From assembly GCF_009914755.1 (NCBI RefSeq), contig NC_060940.1: DNA of 64,000 nt; one strand, 5' to 3'. This DNA is from the human T2T-CHM13v2.0 reference genome, Homo sapiens. The notes below the pieces were generated by a model. The model was given only the letters and a program-made list of their open reading frames with translations. It had not been told where the DNA came from and did no database searches. Position numbers and translations under genes: made by a program. Positions 1-11,455 of this stretch are shown here, in pieces (position 1 is the first letter of the stretch; each line of letters opens with the position of its first letter).

Positions 1-600
1 TGTTGATAATCTCCTGTTAATTAATGTGGACATGATTGCTTTTTTGGAGGCCTATTGTGAAATAAATTATTGGTAGTAGGGTACATGATTTTAATTATTA
101 TTGGGAGAATTTTGTACAGAAAGATTTTTATCATTTGAATGAATGCCTGAAACAGTTATAATTTTTTTCTAGATGTACAGCAAATATTCTTGTTTTATAT
201 ATATGAAATCCTGATTGTTGGTGAACAATATTGGGCATAAAGATTAGGCTACATTCTCCTCGACATCTTTTCCACCTATTTTACTTGGTTCTCCTTGCTT
301 TCTTCATATCCAGCATTCAATCTTGTCTTTCTTTGGCTTGACTGACTCCTTGCATCCTCATGCTCACCTCAGATTACACAAAGAGTTTCTCATTACTTAG
401 AATTGAGTTAGGTGCATGTTATTTTCTTCTAAGGTCCCTGGAATTTACTGTTTCAGACATAGCACATTGTCTGCTGCAAAAAGTGAGTCTATAAAGAAGA
501 CAAATGAACTGTATTTAAACTTTATCTTCTATTTCTTCAGTCTTTAGCCAGCAAAATTTTGGTCCATGATAGGCACTCATATATTTTTGTTTGCTTGCTT

Positions 601-720
601 GCTTGATTGGCTATATATCAATGAATAATGAATGAATACATGAATAAATTGAAGACATCAGCTTGATTGGCTATATGTCAATGAATAAGGAATGAATAAA
701 TGAATAAATTAATGGCATCA
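601..720. repeat. 60-bp tandem duplication (2 copies) at an L2-like (TGAA)n tail
   Basis: 601-660 and 661-720 align without gaps with 6 mismatches; preceded by L2-3'-like aggcactcat...tttgtttg. Confidence 0.9.
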
Positions 721-731
721 CTTGTCATTGA

Positions 732-842
732 TTTATTATATATAAAATATATATAATACATAGTAAATATAAGAAATATATAAATATATAATATATAGTA
801 AATATAAATATATATAAGAAATATATATACACATATATATAT
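732..842. repeat. (TA)-rich low-complexity tract
   Basis: Almost pure A/T alternating sequence. Confidence 0.9.
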
Positions 843-3800
843 TTCTGCTTTTGACATGTAAAGACCTTGGAAACATTGCTCCCACCCTTACAACAAGAAA
901 AAAAATAGCTGAACAAACTGAAAATCAATGACTTTTCCTAAATACTTCTGAGAATTGAGGTCACACAACAAATCACCACCCCAAAAACTGGGGAGGCAGG
1001 CTAATACAGAGAATATATACCAATCTACTTGAAGCAGAAATCACAAGAGCCTGGAACTGATAGAAACATTTAAATGTATTGCTGAAGGCTGACTATGGAC
1101 TAGTTTAGAAGTTAAAACTCTGGAGGGGGCCAAGCAAAGGGAGGCCCCCACACTTTTGTAGGTTTTACCTCCAGGAGCCCCACCAAGTTTTCATGGTGAA
1201 AATTGGAGAAAAATCCCCTCAAGTTTGGTCAGGGTGAAGGTGAAAGTAACAATTATGAAATATGCCCAGATCTTCCTGTAAAACAAAGGCATACTCAGAA
1301 AGAGAGAAGACTTCATCAGAGCATTAGGTACATGAGGGAAGCAAAATGCCCAAATCCAGCTTTCTGTACCGTCTATCTCCCTTAAGACGGGAAAATGCTA
1401 AGAAGCACTTGCAAGGGCCACAGCCTATAAACACAGGACACTAAAAGACTAAGACCTAAATATAAAATTTTGGAATCCTCTCCTCCCCCCCACACCTTAC
1501 CACCACATCAACAGGAGTCCTGTATAACAGTGGGATATAACTGCAGTACCTGCAAGGCTAGGACTCTAAGAAGGACTTTCTAAGGGAAACCCACAAATAA
1601 CAAAGGAGACAAAATCAAGGATACAAGAGTAAATTTGAGCTTTTGACATCTGTAGATGCAGCAAAGAGTAAACATAGCTAACTCTTAAAAAGATAAACTC
1701 TCACCCAAAGATCTATCTACCTCATTTCCTTTTACTATATAAATTATGTTCAGTTTTCGATAAAAATTACAAGACAGCTAAAAGGCAAGAAAAAAAACAA
1801 AATCAGAAAAGAAAAAGTAAATATCAGGACTGGACTCAGATATGGCAAAGATTTTGTAATGGTCACGCCAATAAACAAAGACTGATATTCTAAAGGATAT
1901 AATTTAAAAAATATAAAATATGCAAGAAGTAATGAGTAATATAAGAGAAGTTATGAAACTTTTAGGAAAATATCAAAAGAAAATGTTAGACACAACAAAA
2001 ATTCCCAACCTGAAAAGGAAACGAAAGAGAAAGGAGAAAAAAATAGGATAGAATATTGAAGAATGATGGGGTCATTTAAAAGGTTTAAGATACGCATCAT
2101 GAGAATACCAGAAAGAGAAGAAAGAATAAATCCAGAGAAATGTTTGAAGTAATAATGGCTTAAAACTTTCTAAAATTAACGACAAAAAAAGCACCCATAA
2201 ATCCAGGAAGTTCACAGAATACTAATCAGGATAAATACCAACAAAATCTACAGTTAGGTGTATTATATTCAAACTGCAGAAAACCAAAGACAAAGAAAAA
2301 ATCCTGGAAAGAGCCAGAGGGTATAAAATGCATGAACTATACAGGAACAAGTATAAGGATCAATCAGACTTCTTGTCAGCCATGAAAGCAAGAAGAGAAT
2401 AGAATAAAATATTTAAAATGCTTAAAAGACCTAGGATTTTGTATCCAGTGAAATTATCCTTCAAGAGTATAGGAGAAATGAAGACTTCCATAGATAAACA
2501 CAAAATAAAGGAATTTCATCCATAAAAGTTTCCTTGCAAAGAATATCAAAAGAAGTTTTTCAGAGAAAATGAAATTCTTACAGGTCAGAAACTTGGTTCT
2601 ATAGGAAAAAAGGAAGAGTGTCAGAGAAGGTATAAATGAAGATAAAATACTATCTTTATATTTCTTATTCCTGAATCTGATCTAGTAGATAACTGTTAAA
2701 AGTACTAATAGTAACAACATATCATGTGATTATTAAAAAGGTATAAGAAAAATAATTAGCAGCAATATCATAAGTAATTAGAAGGAAGAATTGAGAATAG
2801 TCTGTTTTAAATTACCTATACTACCTTGAAGTGGTGTAGTGCATTTGAAAGTGGACTTGCATTAGTGGTAAATGTATATTGGAAATGCTAGGACAAACAC
2901 TAATATTTTTTAAATTATGGTTCCCCTTCTAAGAAATGAGAGAAAAATAGAATCATATAACATGCTCATTTAAAAGCAGAGAAGGCAAAAAATGGTGAAG
3001 ATTTTAAAACAGAAAGAACAAGTGTAGCAAATAGAGAAAACTTATAAACATGACAGATATTCATTGAACTATACCAATGATCACTTTAAATGTGAATAGT
3101 CTAACTTTGCCAATTAAAAGACAGTGACTGTCAGAGTGGAAGAAAAACAACAACCAATTACATACTGTTTCTGAGTTTATAGGTAAGTTACAAGGTAAGT
3201 TTACAGACTTTACATGTAAAAATGCAGGTTAAAAGTGAAGGGTGAACTCTCATTCATTGCTAGTTGGAATGCAAAATGGTACAGCCACTCCTAGTTTGAC
3301 AGTTTCTTACAAAACTAAACATATTCATATTATATAATCTGATTCAACAATTGTGCTCCTTGGCATTTACTCAAATGAGTTGAAAACTTATGTCCACACA
3401 AAAACCTTCTTATGAATGTTTATAACAACTTTATTCATAATTGCCAAACCTGGAATCAACCAAGATGGCCTTCCAAAGCTGACTGGATAAGCAAACTGTG
3501 GCATGTTCATACAGGGCAATATTATTCATTACAAGGTTCTGTCATGTTTTCTCTGGCTTGGTAGTTTATTTCTTGGTAGAAATATTGCTTAGTGTGAAAA
3601 TGCATATTGCTTAAATACATATTGCTTAGTGAAAAGAGCCAATCTAAATAGATTACATATCACATTATCCTGACTATATAACATTCTGGAAAAGACAACA
3701 CTACAGAGGCAACAAAAAAGTTAGTGGTTGCTGAATATTCTAGTGGAGGTGGGGAGGAAAGAATAAGTGGAGCACAGGGGATTTGGGGGGGCAATACAAC

Positions 3801-4085
3801 TATATAAAATTAAAATTAATATAAATATATTAATAATTATGTATTTGTCAAACCCATAGAAATGTACAACACAAAAAGTAAAGCTTAATGTAAACCATGG
3901 ACCATAATATAAGAAGAATGCATCAATATTGGTTCATTAGTTATAATGAGTATACTGCACTAATGAAAGTTGCTCATGAGGGGTAATTGTGTGAGAGTGG
4001 AGGGAGCAGATGGAATGCATACGTAGAACTCTATATTATCTGTTAGATTATTCTGTAAATCTAACACTGTGGTAAAAAATAGTGT
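843..4085 (+). mobile_element. Ancient LINE-1 (L1MC/L1MD-like): 5'UTR, degenerate ORF1, ORF2 start joined directly to 3' end
   Basis: ORF1-like remnant ~2070-2560 (aaactgcagaaaaccaaagacaaagaaaaaatcc); ORF2 start motif atcactttaaatgtgaat...ccaattaaaagacag at ~3080; L1MC-type 3' end from ~3244 (gaactctcattcattgct...gtaaatctaacactgt). Confidence 0.8.
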
Positions 4086-4530
4086 ATTCATTATTAAAAT
4101 AATACATACAAGATGCCGACATTTCAACCGTAGAGCAGTTTCAAAAAGCAAAAGGATTTTAGTCACAATTTTGCTTTTCCACCTCTCTTAGTCTTTAAAT
4201 ACAAATGGATTATCTATAGAACTGGCAAATCCGCAACACAATGAGACCCTTAATGTTTTTATCCCATATTTAAATGGTGATGGGGTTGCATTAAAGGAAG
4301 AAAACATATTCATGCTTAAAAATTATATTACAATGTTTGTAAAGATACTAAAAGGAAATATTTGTCTGCAATTCAAATTTTAACATCAATGAATAAATAG
4401 TCCTTTGTATTACAGCTATTCATTTGATATATATTTTTTCTTTAGCAATAATTTTTTTAGTGACTTGAGTAATGGAATGACATATTAGCTATGATCCCTG
4501 GACAAGGAGTTCATAGTCAAGGTGAAATAA

Positions 4531-4531
4531 C

Positions 4532-4568
<37 letters not shown>

Positions 4569-4580
4569 GGTGTGGGTGTA
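4531..4580. repeat. (TA)n(TG)n compound microsatellite
   Basis: Direct inspection. Confidence 0.95.
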
Positions 4581-4608
4581 ATCTATTAATCTGTTTGTAT
4601 CTTTATAT

Positions 4609-4850
4609 GTAAAGTGAGTATCTTATACGTAATATAAAGTTGTGTATTGTTTTCCATCCATTCTGCTAGTCATTGTCTCTTAATTGGCAATTTTAGACTA
4701 TTCACATTTCAAGTGATCATTGTATAGTTGGATTAATATCTATTATCTTTGTAAGCACTCTCTATACTTCTTCTTTGTTTCTTCTTTTCTAATTTTCCCT
4801 TTTCCGCCTTTCGTGGTTTTAAATAAGTATCTTATATGATTCGATTTTTC
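4609..4850 (-). mobile_element. Ancient L1M fragment (inter-ORF/ORF2 start)
   Basis: Reverse complement reads atgatcacttgaaatgtgaatagtctaaaattgccaattaagagac, homologous to 2940-3210. Confidence 0.75.
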
Positions 4851-6558
4851 TAGTATATACATAGTATTTGGCACATTATGGAGTAGAAAGGAGACTTTCT
4901 GTGCTTTAAAAAAAATGAAGTAAGAGAAATTAGTGTAAACTATGTGGCTTGAACAGGCTAATTCGCCAGAAAAACTGTAGTTGTACTACAGACAACTGCT
5001 CTGGATGATTCTGTCACTATCTTATGTCTGTAGGGAAATATTTGTGGGATAAGACTGACAAGAACTGACATTAACCAAGGCATCAACATATAAAAATGCT
5101 CAATATGTCTTACCATAGCAAGTATATCTGTATCATATGCTCAGAAGAAGAAGTGTAAATGTAAACGTCTGCAAGAAACGAGAAAAGAAAGTTGAAAGCA
5201 AACAGTCCTTTAAATGCCCCATGAAAAAGAATGGATTTTAGTGTAAGAACAACACCTAGGACACCAGAAAGTCTGCATATGAAATACACATGCTACATGT
5301 CTCACTTGGGATCACTGATCCTAAGAATACTACTATGAGTTCTGGCTTCTCTGATGCAGAAGGGAGAAGGACCTGCTTAGTGGCAGAACATCCCATTAGG
5401 AATCTACTGTCATTTAATTAGGATAGGTAACCACTGAGAAATAATGATTTAATTAGAATAGGTGATGGTAGAGAGGAGGAAAATAAGAAAGTTATCTCTA
5501 AGATGTCTGAAGTAAAATGAAATGGATTTAGCTACTTTTTGAGTCTTTACCTTCATGTCCAAAGTTACTCCTTACTCTTCACTTGTGTAAATTTGGTGAT
5601 TTTGCATACAGTTTACAGTTTTGTGTCTGTAATGGCATGACAGTGGCATGTATATTTTAACCAGTATTATTCCTTCTTGAGAAGCATTATTCCTTCTCTA
5701 ACAATGGATCTATAGTTTAAACTTCAGTAGCCACTGAAATCAAAACATGTTCAATTTAATAATCTTTCTGATAGAATAATTTGCAACTGAGAAACCTTAA
5801 AAATTAATGACGGAAACAGTTTAGGAAACCAAGTTTTACGAGAAGCTATTAAAACACTTACAAATATGATTTTATTATTTAGTATTATATTGCTATTTTT
5901 TGTTTCAGTAAAGATGATATCTGACATTTTATGTGTCTTAATGCGTAGCGGCTATTATCCTTAAATCTAAATTCTATTTAGTATACCTATGTAATACAAG
6001 TTCTTGGGATTTCATGCTAGATAAAAATTTTTGTTACCATAATACCTTACCTATTATTTAGATACTTATTTCAGAGCTGACTTCAAGTACAATCTTTTTC
6101 CTTAATATTTTATAGTAGTTTTTTGGAAGGAGCATGAGTAGTTATGTTCCTTTGTTTTACCTTTTCTTTCTTTTTCATAGCAGAGAGGTCTCTTTAAAGG
6201 GAAAAATACGTTTTATTTGACAGCTTTACATGAATGCATTTCCAAAGCCCTTGTGATAGAGGCAACCATTTCATTTTATCTAAGAATTCATTAAATCTAG
6301 GACTTTGTGGTTTCAGATTCTCTAGGTTCACTTTGAGCCTTTATTATGGCATGTGTCAGGTATTCAGATCTGATTAGAAGAACTCGATTCTTTAATCAAG
6401 ATTTTAATTTAAGTCTGGAGACACATATTAAACACGTAAGTTTAAGTTCTTGATTCTTATTAGAGAATAACTCATTCTTCCATACAAACAACATTTTTAT
6501 TATATTCCCACTGGACTTGAGAATTAAAAATATATTCATTAATTTTTCTGTAATTCAT

Positions 6559-6742
6559 CAAGCTTCATCCATAAAAGGCCAGATAACTATTTTTAGTCCT
6601 TGTGAACCATATAGTTTCTGTCACAAATACTCAACTGCGCCTTTATAGCAGAAAGCAACAATAGGCAATGCAATAAACCTTTATTTACAAAACCAGATGA
6701 GTTGTAGGATTTGGCCCACAGGTTTTAGTTTGCTAGTCCCTG
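6559..6742 (+). mobile_element. MER58A-like hAT-Charlie MITE, internally deleted
   Basis: aaaggccagataa...tactcaact...caataaacctttatttacaaaa...gatttggccc...tagtttgctagtccctg matches the recalled MER58A consensus. Confidence 0.8.
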
Positions 6743-7050
6743 ATTGAATGGTATGCATAGTATATAATGTAGTACATGAAACTATACCATAAAAGTACTA
6801 AAATTTAGTTTTACACACAGGCTTTAGGTTAATGTGGTGTCAATGCCTCAGTTTCTCTCTACTGCTGACTATAAGATAATCTTCACTAAAACAACATGGA
6901 ACATATCCTTCCTGGTGAACACTTTCATCGACAAAAAGAAAAAAGAGACTGAGAGAGCCAGATGCATCAAACAATGTAAATCCATGAAATCCATCAGCCA
7001 AAGGAAATCAATGTTAAGAAAAACAAATTCTTGGAGTACATTTAACTTGC

Positions 7051-7360
7051 TTTTTTTTTTTTTTTTTTTTTAGACGGAGTCTCACTCTGTTACCCAAACT
7101 AGAGTGGAGTGGAGTGGCGTGATCTTGGCTCACTGCAACCTCCACCTCCTGGGTTCACGCCATTCTCCTGCCTCAGCCTCCTCCCAAGCAGTTGGGATTA
7201 CAGGCTCGTGCCACCACTTTTGACTAATTTTTGTATTTTCAGTAGAGACAGGGTTTCGCCATGTTGACCAGCCTAGTCTTGAATTCCTGACCTCAGGTGA
7301 TCTGCACACCTCTGCCTCCCAAAGTGCTGGGATTAGAGGCGTGAGCTGCCATACCCAGCC
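7051..7360 (-). mobile_element. AluS (Sx/Sz-like)
   Basis: poly-T then full dimeric Alu; TSD catttaacttg at 7039-7049 and 7362-7372. Confidence 0.97.
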
Positions 7361-7845
7361 CCATTTAACTTGTAAATAAGTATTATTATAAACTCCACAA
7401 TTTGGCTCTGAACTTTTTTGTCACCAAGGCAAAAAAAGAAAAACCTGATAAATTGTGAAGTTTTTATTGCCAAAAAATTTTGTTTTAAGTCATTTTTAAT
7501 TAGATATTTCTGGGTTTCTGTTGAAAGTACTTTCTCAAATAAAGAGAAAGTATAACATAGTATACTACTGAAATTTCCAGAGCGAATAAAATGATAAGTC
7601 AGAGATTTTCCTTTTAATGTTTTTTTACAATGTAGGCTTTATTAAGCCCAAAATATAATGTTCCAGTATTTCAATAATTAAATAACAAATGATAAATTAA
7701 TATCTATTAAATTACAGTTTATCGAAGCTATTCTATTGTTCGTGTGTGGTGGCTCCCGGATCATTTATGGGATACAGAATGTTGCCAACCGATGCTCTGG
7801 CTTGAGCTAAGAATAGAGGATAATTTGAATATAAAATTCAAACAT

Positions 7846-8183
7846 GGCCAGGTGCGGTGGCTCACACCTGTAATCTCAGCACTTCAGTAGGCCGAGGTGG
7901 GCGGATTATGTCAAGTCAGGAGTTCGAGACCAGCCTGGCTAACGTGGTGAAACCCCGTCTCTACTAAAAATACAAAAAGTAGCTGGGTGCAGTGGCTAAA
8001 AATACAAAATACAAAAAAAAATACAAAAATACAAAAGCTACTCAGGAGGCTGAGGCAGGAGAATTGCTTGAACCTAGGAGGCAGAGACTGTAGTGAGCTG
8101 AGATCATGCCACTGCACTCCAGCCTGGGCAACAGAGTGAGACTCTGTCTCAAACAACAACAAAAACAACAAGAAAAACAACAA
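7846..8183 (+). mobile_element. AluS with rearranged right-arm start and (CAA)-rich tail
   Basis: Starts ggccaggtgcggtggctcac; TSD caaacat at 7839-7845 and 8184-8190. Confidence 0.97.
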
Positions 8184-11100
8184 CAAACATAAGGGGATGT
8201 TTTAATGGAGCCATAGTCATCCTTATAATGGTAGTAGAAAGCATATTATTGGATTAAATCCTTAGCATGAAAGCATAGCAGAAGAGAAAGGGGTGGTGAG
8301 AAACTTAACATGTTGTAATTGTATGCCATGAAAGAGACTGAAGTAATTAAAAGAAGTTTTGAAATACTTCAATAGAAAAATAAATAGTTCCCTCAGAACT
8401 ACAGATCCTCAATACCAGATTGCATTTTGTCAAAAAAAAATCAATTGTTTAAACATGCTGAAAATAATTTGAAGTACTGATGCAAAATATCATTGACTAG
8501 AATTACATTTTATTTATTGCATTGATTCAATTAAGATGCTATAAATTCAGAATATTGCTGATAGGATTTGTAAATTATTAGGCTATTCAACCATTCTGGT
8601 CAAAGAGGCTTAGGGGAGGAAAGAGATTTATAATTTCATGGTTCAATGACATAATGAGCACTATTAACTTAATTAGTTATTATTAAAATAACACTTTATG
8701 CTGCAAACAGTAGAGCTCCTTTGGGGGCAAGGGACTCTTCAACTTTACCTAAAATGTTTTCATAAATTAAATATTTCACAATCTTTAAGTTAAGAATTCA
8801 TGCAAGCTTCTCTCTTAAGTGTGATTGAACTTTAAAAAATATTGCCTTTAGAATATTGTTCTAAAAAGATATAAAACTAAATCATATAGAGATGGCTGTA
8901 TAAAAATGAATGCATTAAAAAAGTGTTTGAGACACATTTCACTTATCTCTGAATACTAAGTAAAAAAGAAGTGAGGTGGTTTGACATTCCTATTTGACTT
9001 ACATAAATGTCTTTTTAAAGAGGAAAATATGCCCTCCCTAGGAGGGACAGCCAAATGCTAGGTGGAGCAGCTTGTCATGGAATATGATAACTTGGTGAGG
9101 GCTGCATGACCTAAAACCTTCAAATATTTAAGCTAATAATGAATGGTGTAAAATTCACAAGTGAATGAAGTAAGAAACAGAATAAATAATAGTTAAGTTT
9201 CCTTTTTAACTTGAGAATGTTTTGCTATATCCTTTTTTTGCTATATCCCTTGACATATATAAATTGAACACATGCTGTGTATTTTGTAACTCCCAGAAAT
9301 ACAATTCAAGACCGATATGATCTATTTAAGGCCGACAAATCTATATAACTTGCTTAAAATCAAGAAAGGTATTGTGATGCAAATTAAGCTCCTTCAGTAT
9401 TGCCTTGGCTAGTCATAGAGCTGATCTAATTGTCCCTCTGTATTTTGGGGAATAGTAAATGATGAAGGGCATGTTTCAAGAGTGATAGACAATAGTTTGT
9501 CTTTTTTGCTAAGGTCCTACAATAACGTGAGGATGTTCATTATCACAGATAAGCAGCTATAAACTTCCCTTTATTATGATGAGATTAATTAAATTTTATT
9601 TTGAACCTTAAAGCCCTCAGAGACTCAGGATTCATGTGGCTCCATAAACATGGCCCAATCTATTGTCAAACCAGAATGGTAGAACTGAAAGCATCTCCAA
9701 TATAGAAACATATGGACTTCCAAACTTGTTCACTTGCTATGGAAGCAAGGTATGATTCTGACATTTGCAAAAGTAAAAGAAAACTGAATGATTATTCTTA
9801 AAACCTGTTTTCCTCTTCTTTCCATCTTTTATTTAAATATTTTTCATCCTTTAATTCTACTGGCCACATCAGAGATATTATAGATCTATCATCCTTTATT
9901 GTGTATATTTCATCAAAGAGACATTGCCACAGAGTCTGCCGATTTCACATATAAAATGCAAAGTCCTTTCAGGCAAAAATATAAGAATAATTCAGTGAAA
10001 TTTATGAAGTTTTTATGTTTCTAATATTATATAAAATGTTACATATTTTAGGATACATTTTCCTAAAATAATATATTGCACATTGCATTTCTATAGCAAG
10101 ACACATTAATTGCCTGGAAGTTGAAGTACAATTGTCCAAGAGACATAGCTTTTATTGCTCAGAAAAATAAACAATTACAGGGAGGCTATTTACTTAAGAC
10201 CATGTTCATGAATAATATGGCAGGAAATTGTCTAAAAGCATTAGACTGTTTAATAATACTTTTTATTTTATTTGTGTCTTAAATATTTAAATTGAATTGC
10301 TTTAGTATGATATTGCTTTGTATTTTATTAAACATATGTAAAATGTGGTGGTTTTCTTTGTTCCAAAATTCATAATTTTTCATCTGCTCTCCACTTATGA
10401 GGGAAAAAAACTCCACACTGATTGTACTGCAGCTTTTCAAGAAAAAAAATGAAAAATACTATTTCTCTATAGTTTTAGTTTTCTAAAAATTTCTTCTTTT
10501 AAGATATGCAGCTGAAATCATAAGGCCATATGAATATTTGGCAATATTCATATTGCCAAATCATAAGCCTGCTTAATATGATCACAAGTAGATAAACTTG
10601 ACTTCAAAGAATAATTATTTAGCAAAACTGTCTCTTTTTTATAAGCATGTTGGTAATTGTCTCATACACTCTCTTTACATGAATAAATCTAAAAAACTGA
10701 TTTTTCCTCTTTGTAATTATTTTTCTCAAATTTTCTAACATATTATTACTATAATAAATAGGTAGAAAGCAACAAACAATTGCAAAAAAAGCAGAATGAT
10801 AAACTCAGATTTAAGAATCAAAGAAGAATTTTATAGAATTCCTGTATATAGTATGCCTAATGCATCCCCCATAGTTTATACTGTGAATAAGGTACTTAAA
10901 GAATATCCCCAAAAACGTACTGGCTATTTTCAAAAACTATGGGACTGAACAAAGATATATCAATATTTATAGCTATTCATAAATATTAAGTAGAGTAACA
11001 GGATTTCCTATTAAATAGTAGCTTTTGAGCTGTGTGCATGAAATCTTAATTTCCGAATGCCATTCCAAACTCTTGCAAATGCTGCAGTTTTTCTTGCTAA

Positions 11101-11328
11101 CCCATCACATGAAACTATAATTTAGACTGCAATCCCAGTTGACAGAGGTTTTCTTTCTTTACTTTCTTCAGAACCAAGAAGTGTGGGGATAGAAAAGTTG
11201 TATACCAATGTGTTTGATATCCAAAGATTCTTGTGATTAATATGATGTCATTAAAAGACCACACCTGCTAATAGTTGTGAGAAACTTACTTCAAGTCATT
11301 CATACATTGTTTATCCCATATATCCCAA

Positions 11329-11362
11329 ACACACAGACACACACACACACACACAGAGACAC
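11329..11362. repeat. (CA)n microsatellite
   Basis: Direct inspection. Confidence 0.9.
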
Positions 11363-11409
11363 TTCCGTTATTTAATAATAAGAATACTATGAAACTTTCA
11401 GTCTTTGCT

Positions 11410-11455
11410 TTTAAAAGCAAAGGTAAAACCCGCAATTATTTTTGCACCAATCTAA
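11410..11455. mobile_element. MADE1 (Hsmar1 mariner MITE) half element
   Basis: ggtaaaacccgcaattatttttgcaccaatctaa matches the MADE1 terminal inverted repeat ggcaaaaaccgcaattacttttgcaccaacctaa. Confidence 0.85.

Noticed and set aside
601-720. CRISPR-like or prokaryotic repeat array
   Set aside because: Only two adjacent copies with no spacers, in primate DNA with no cas genes
725-928. 67-aa hydrophobic ORF; also the 16436-16839 ORF cluster
   Set aside because: Products of TA/TG low-complexity sequence lacking stops
7911-8186. 91-aa ORF and similar ones at 29718, 34732, 46082, 54301, 57976
   Set aside because: Translations of Alu sequence ([17 protein letters not shown]-type peptides), not genes
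11410-11455. miR-548-family precursor
   Set aside because: Only one MADE1 arm is present, so the required hairpin cannot form
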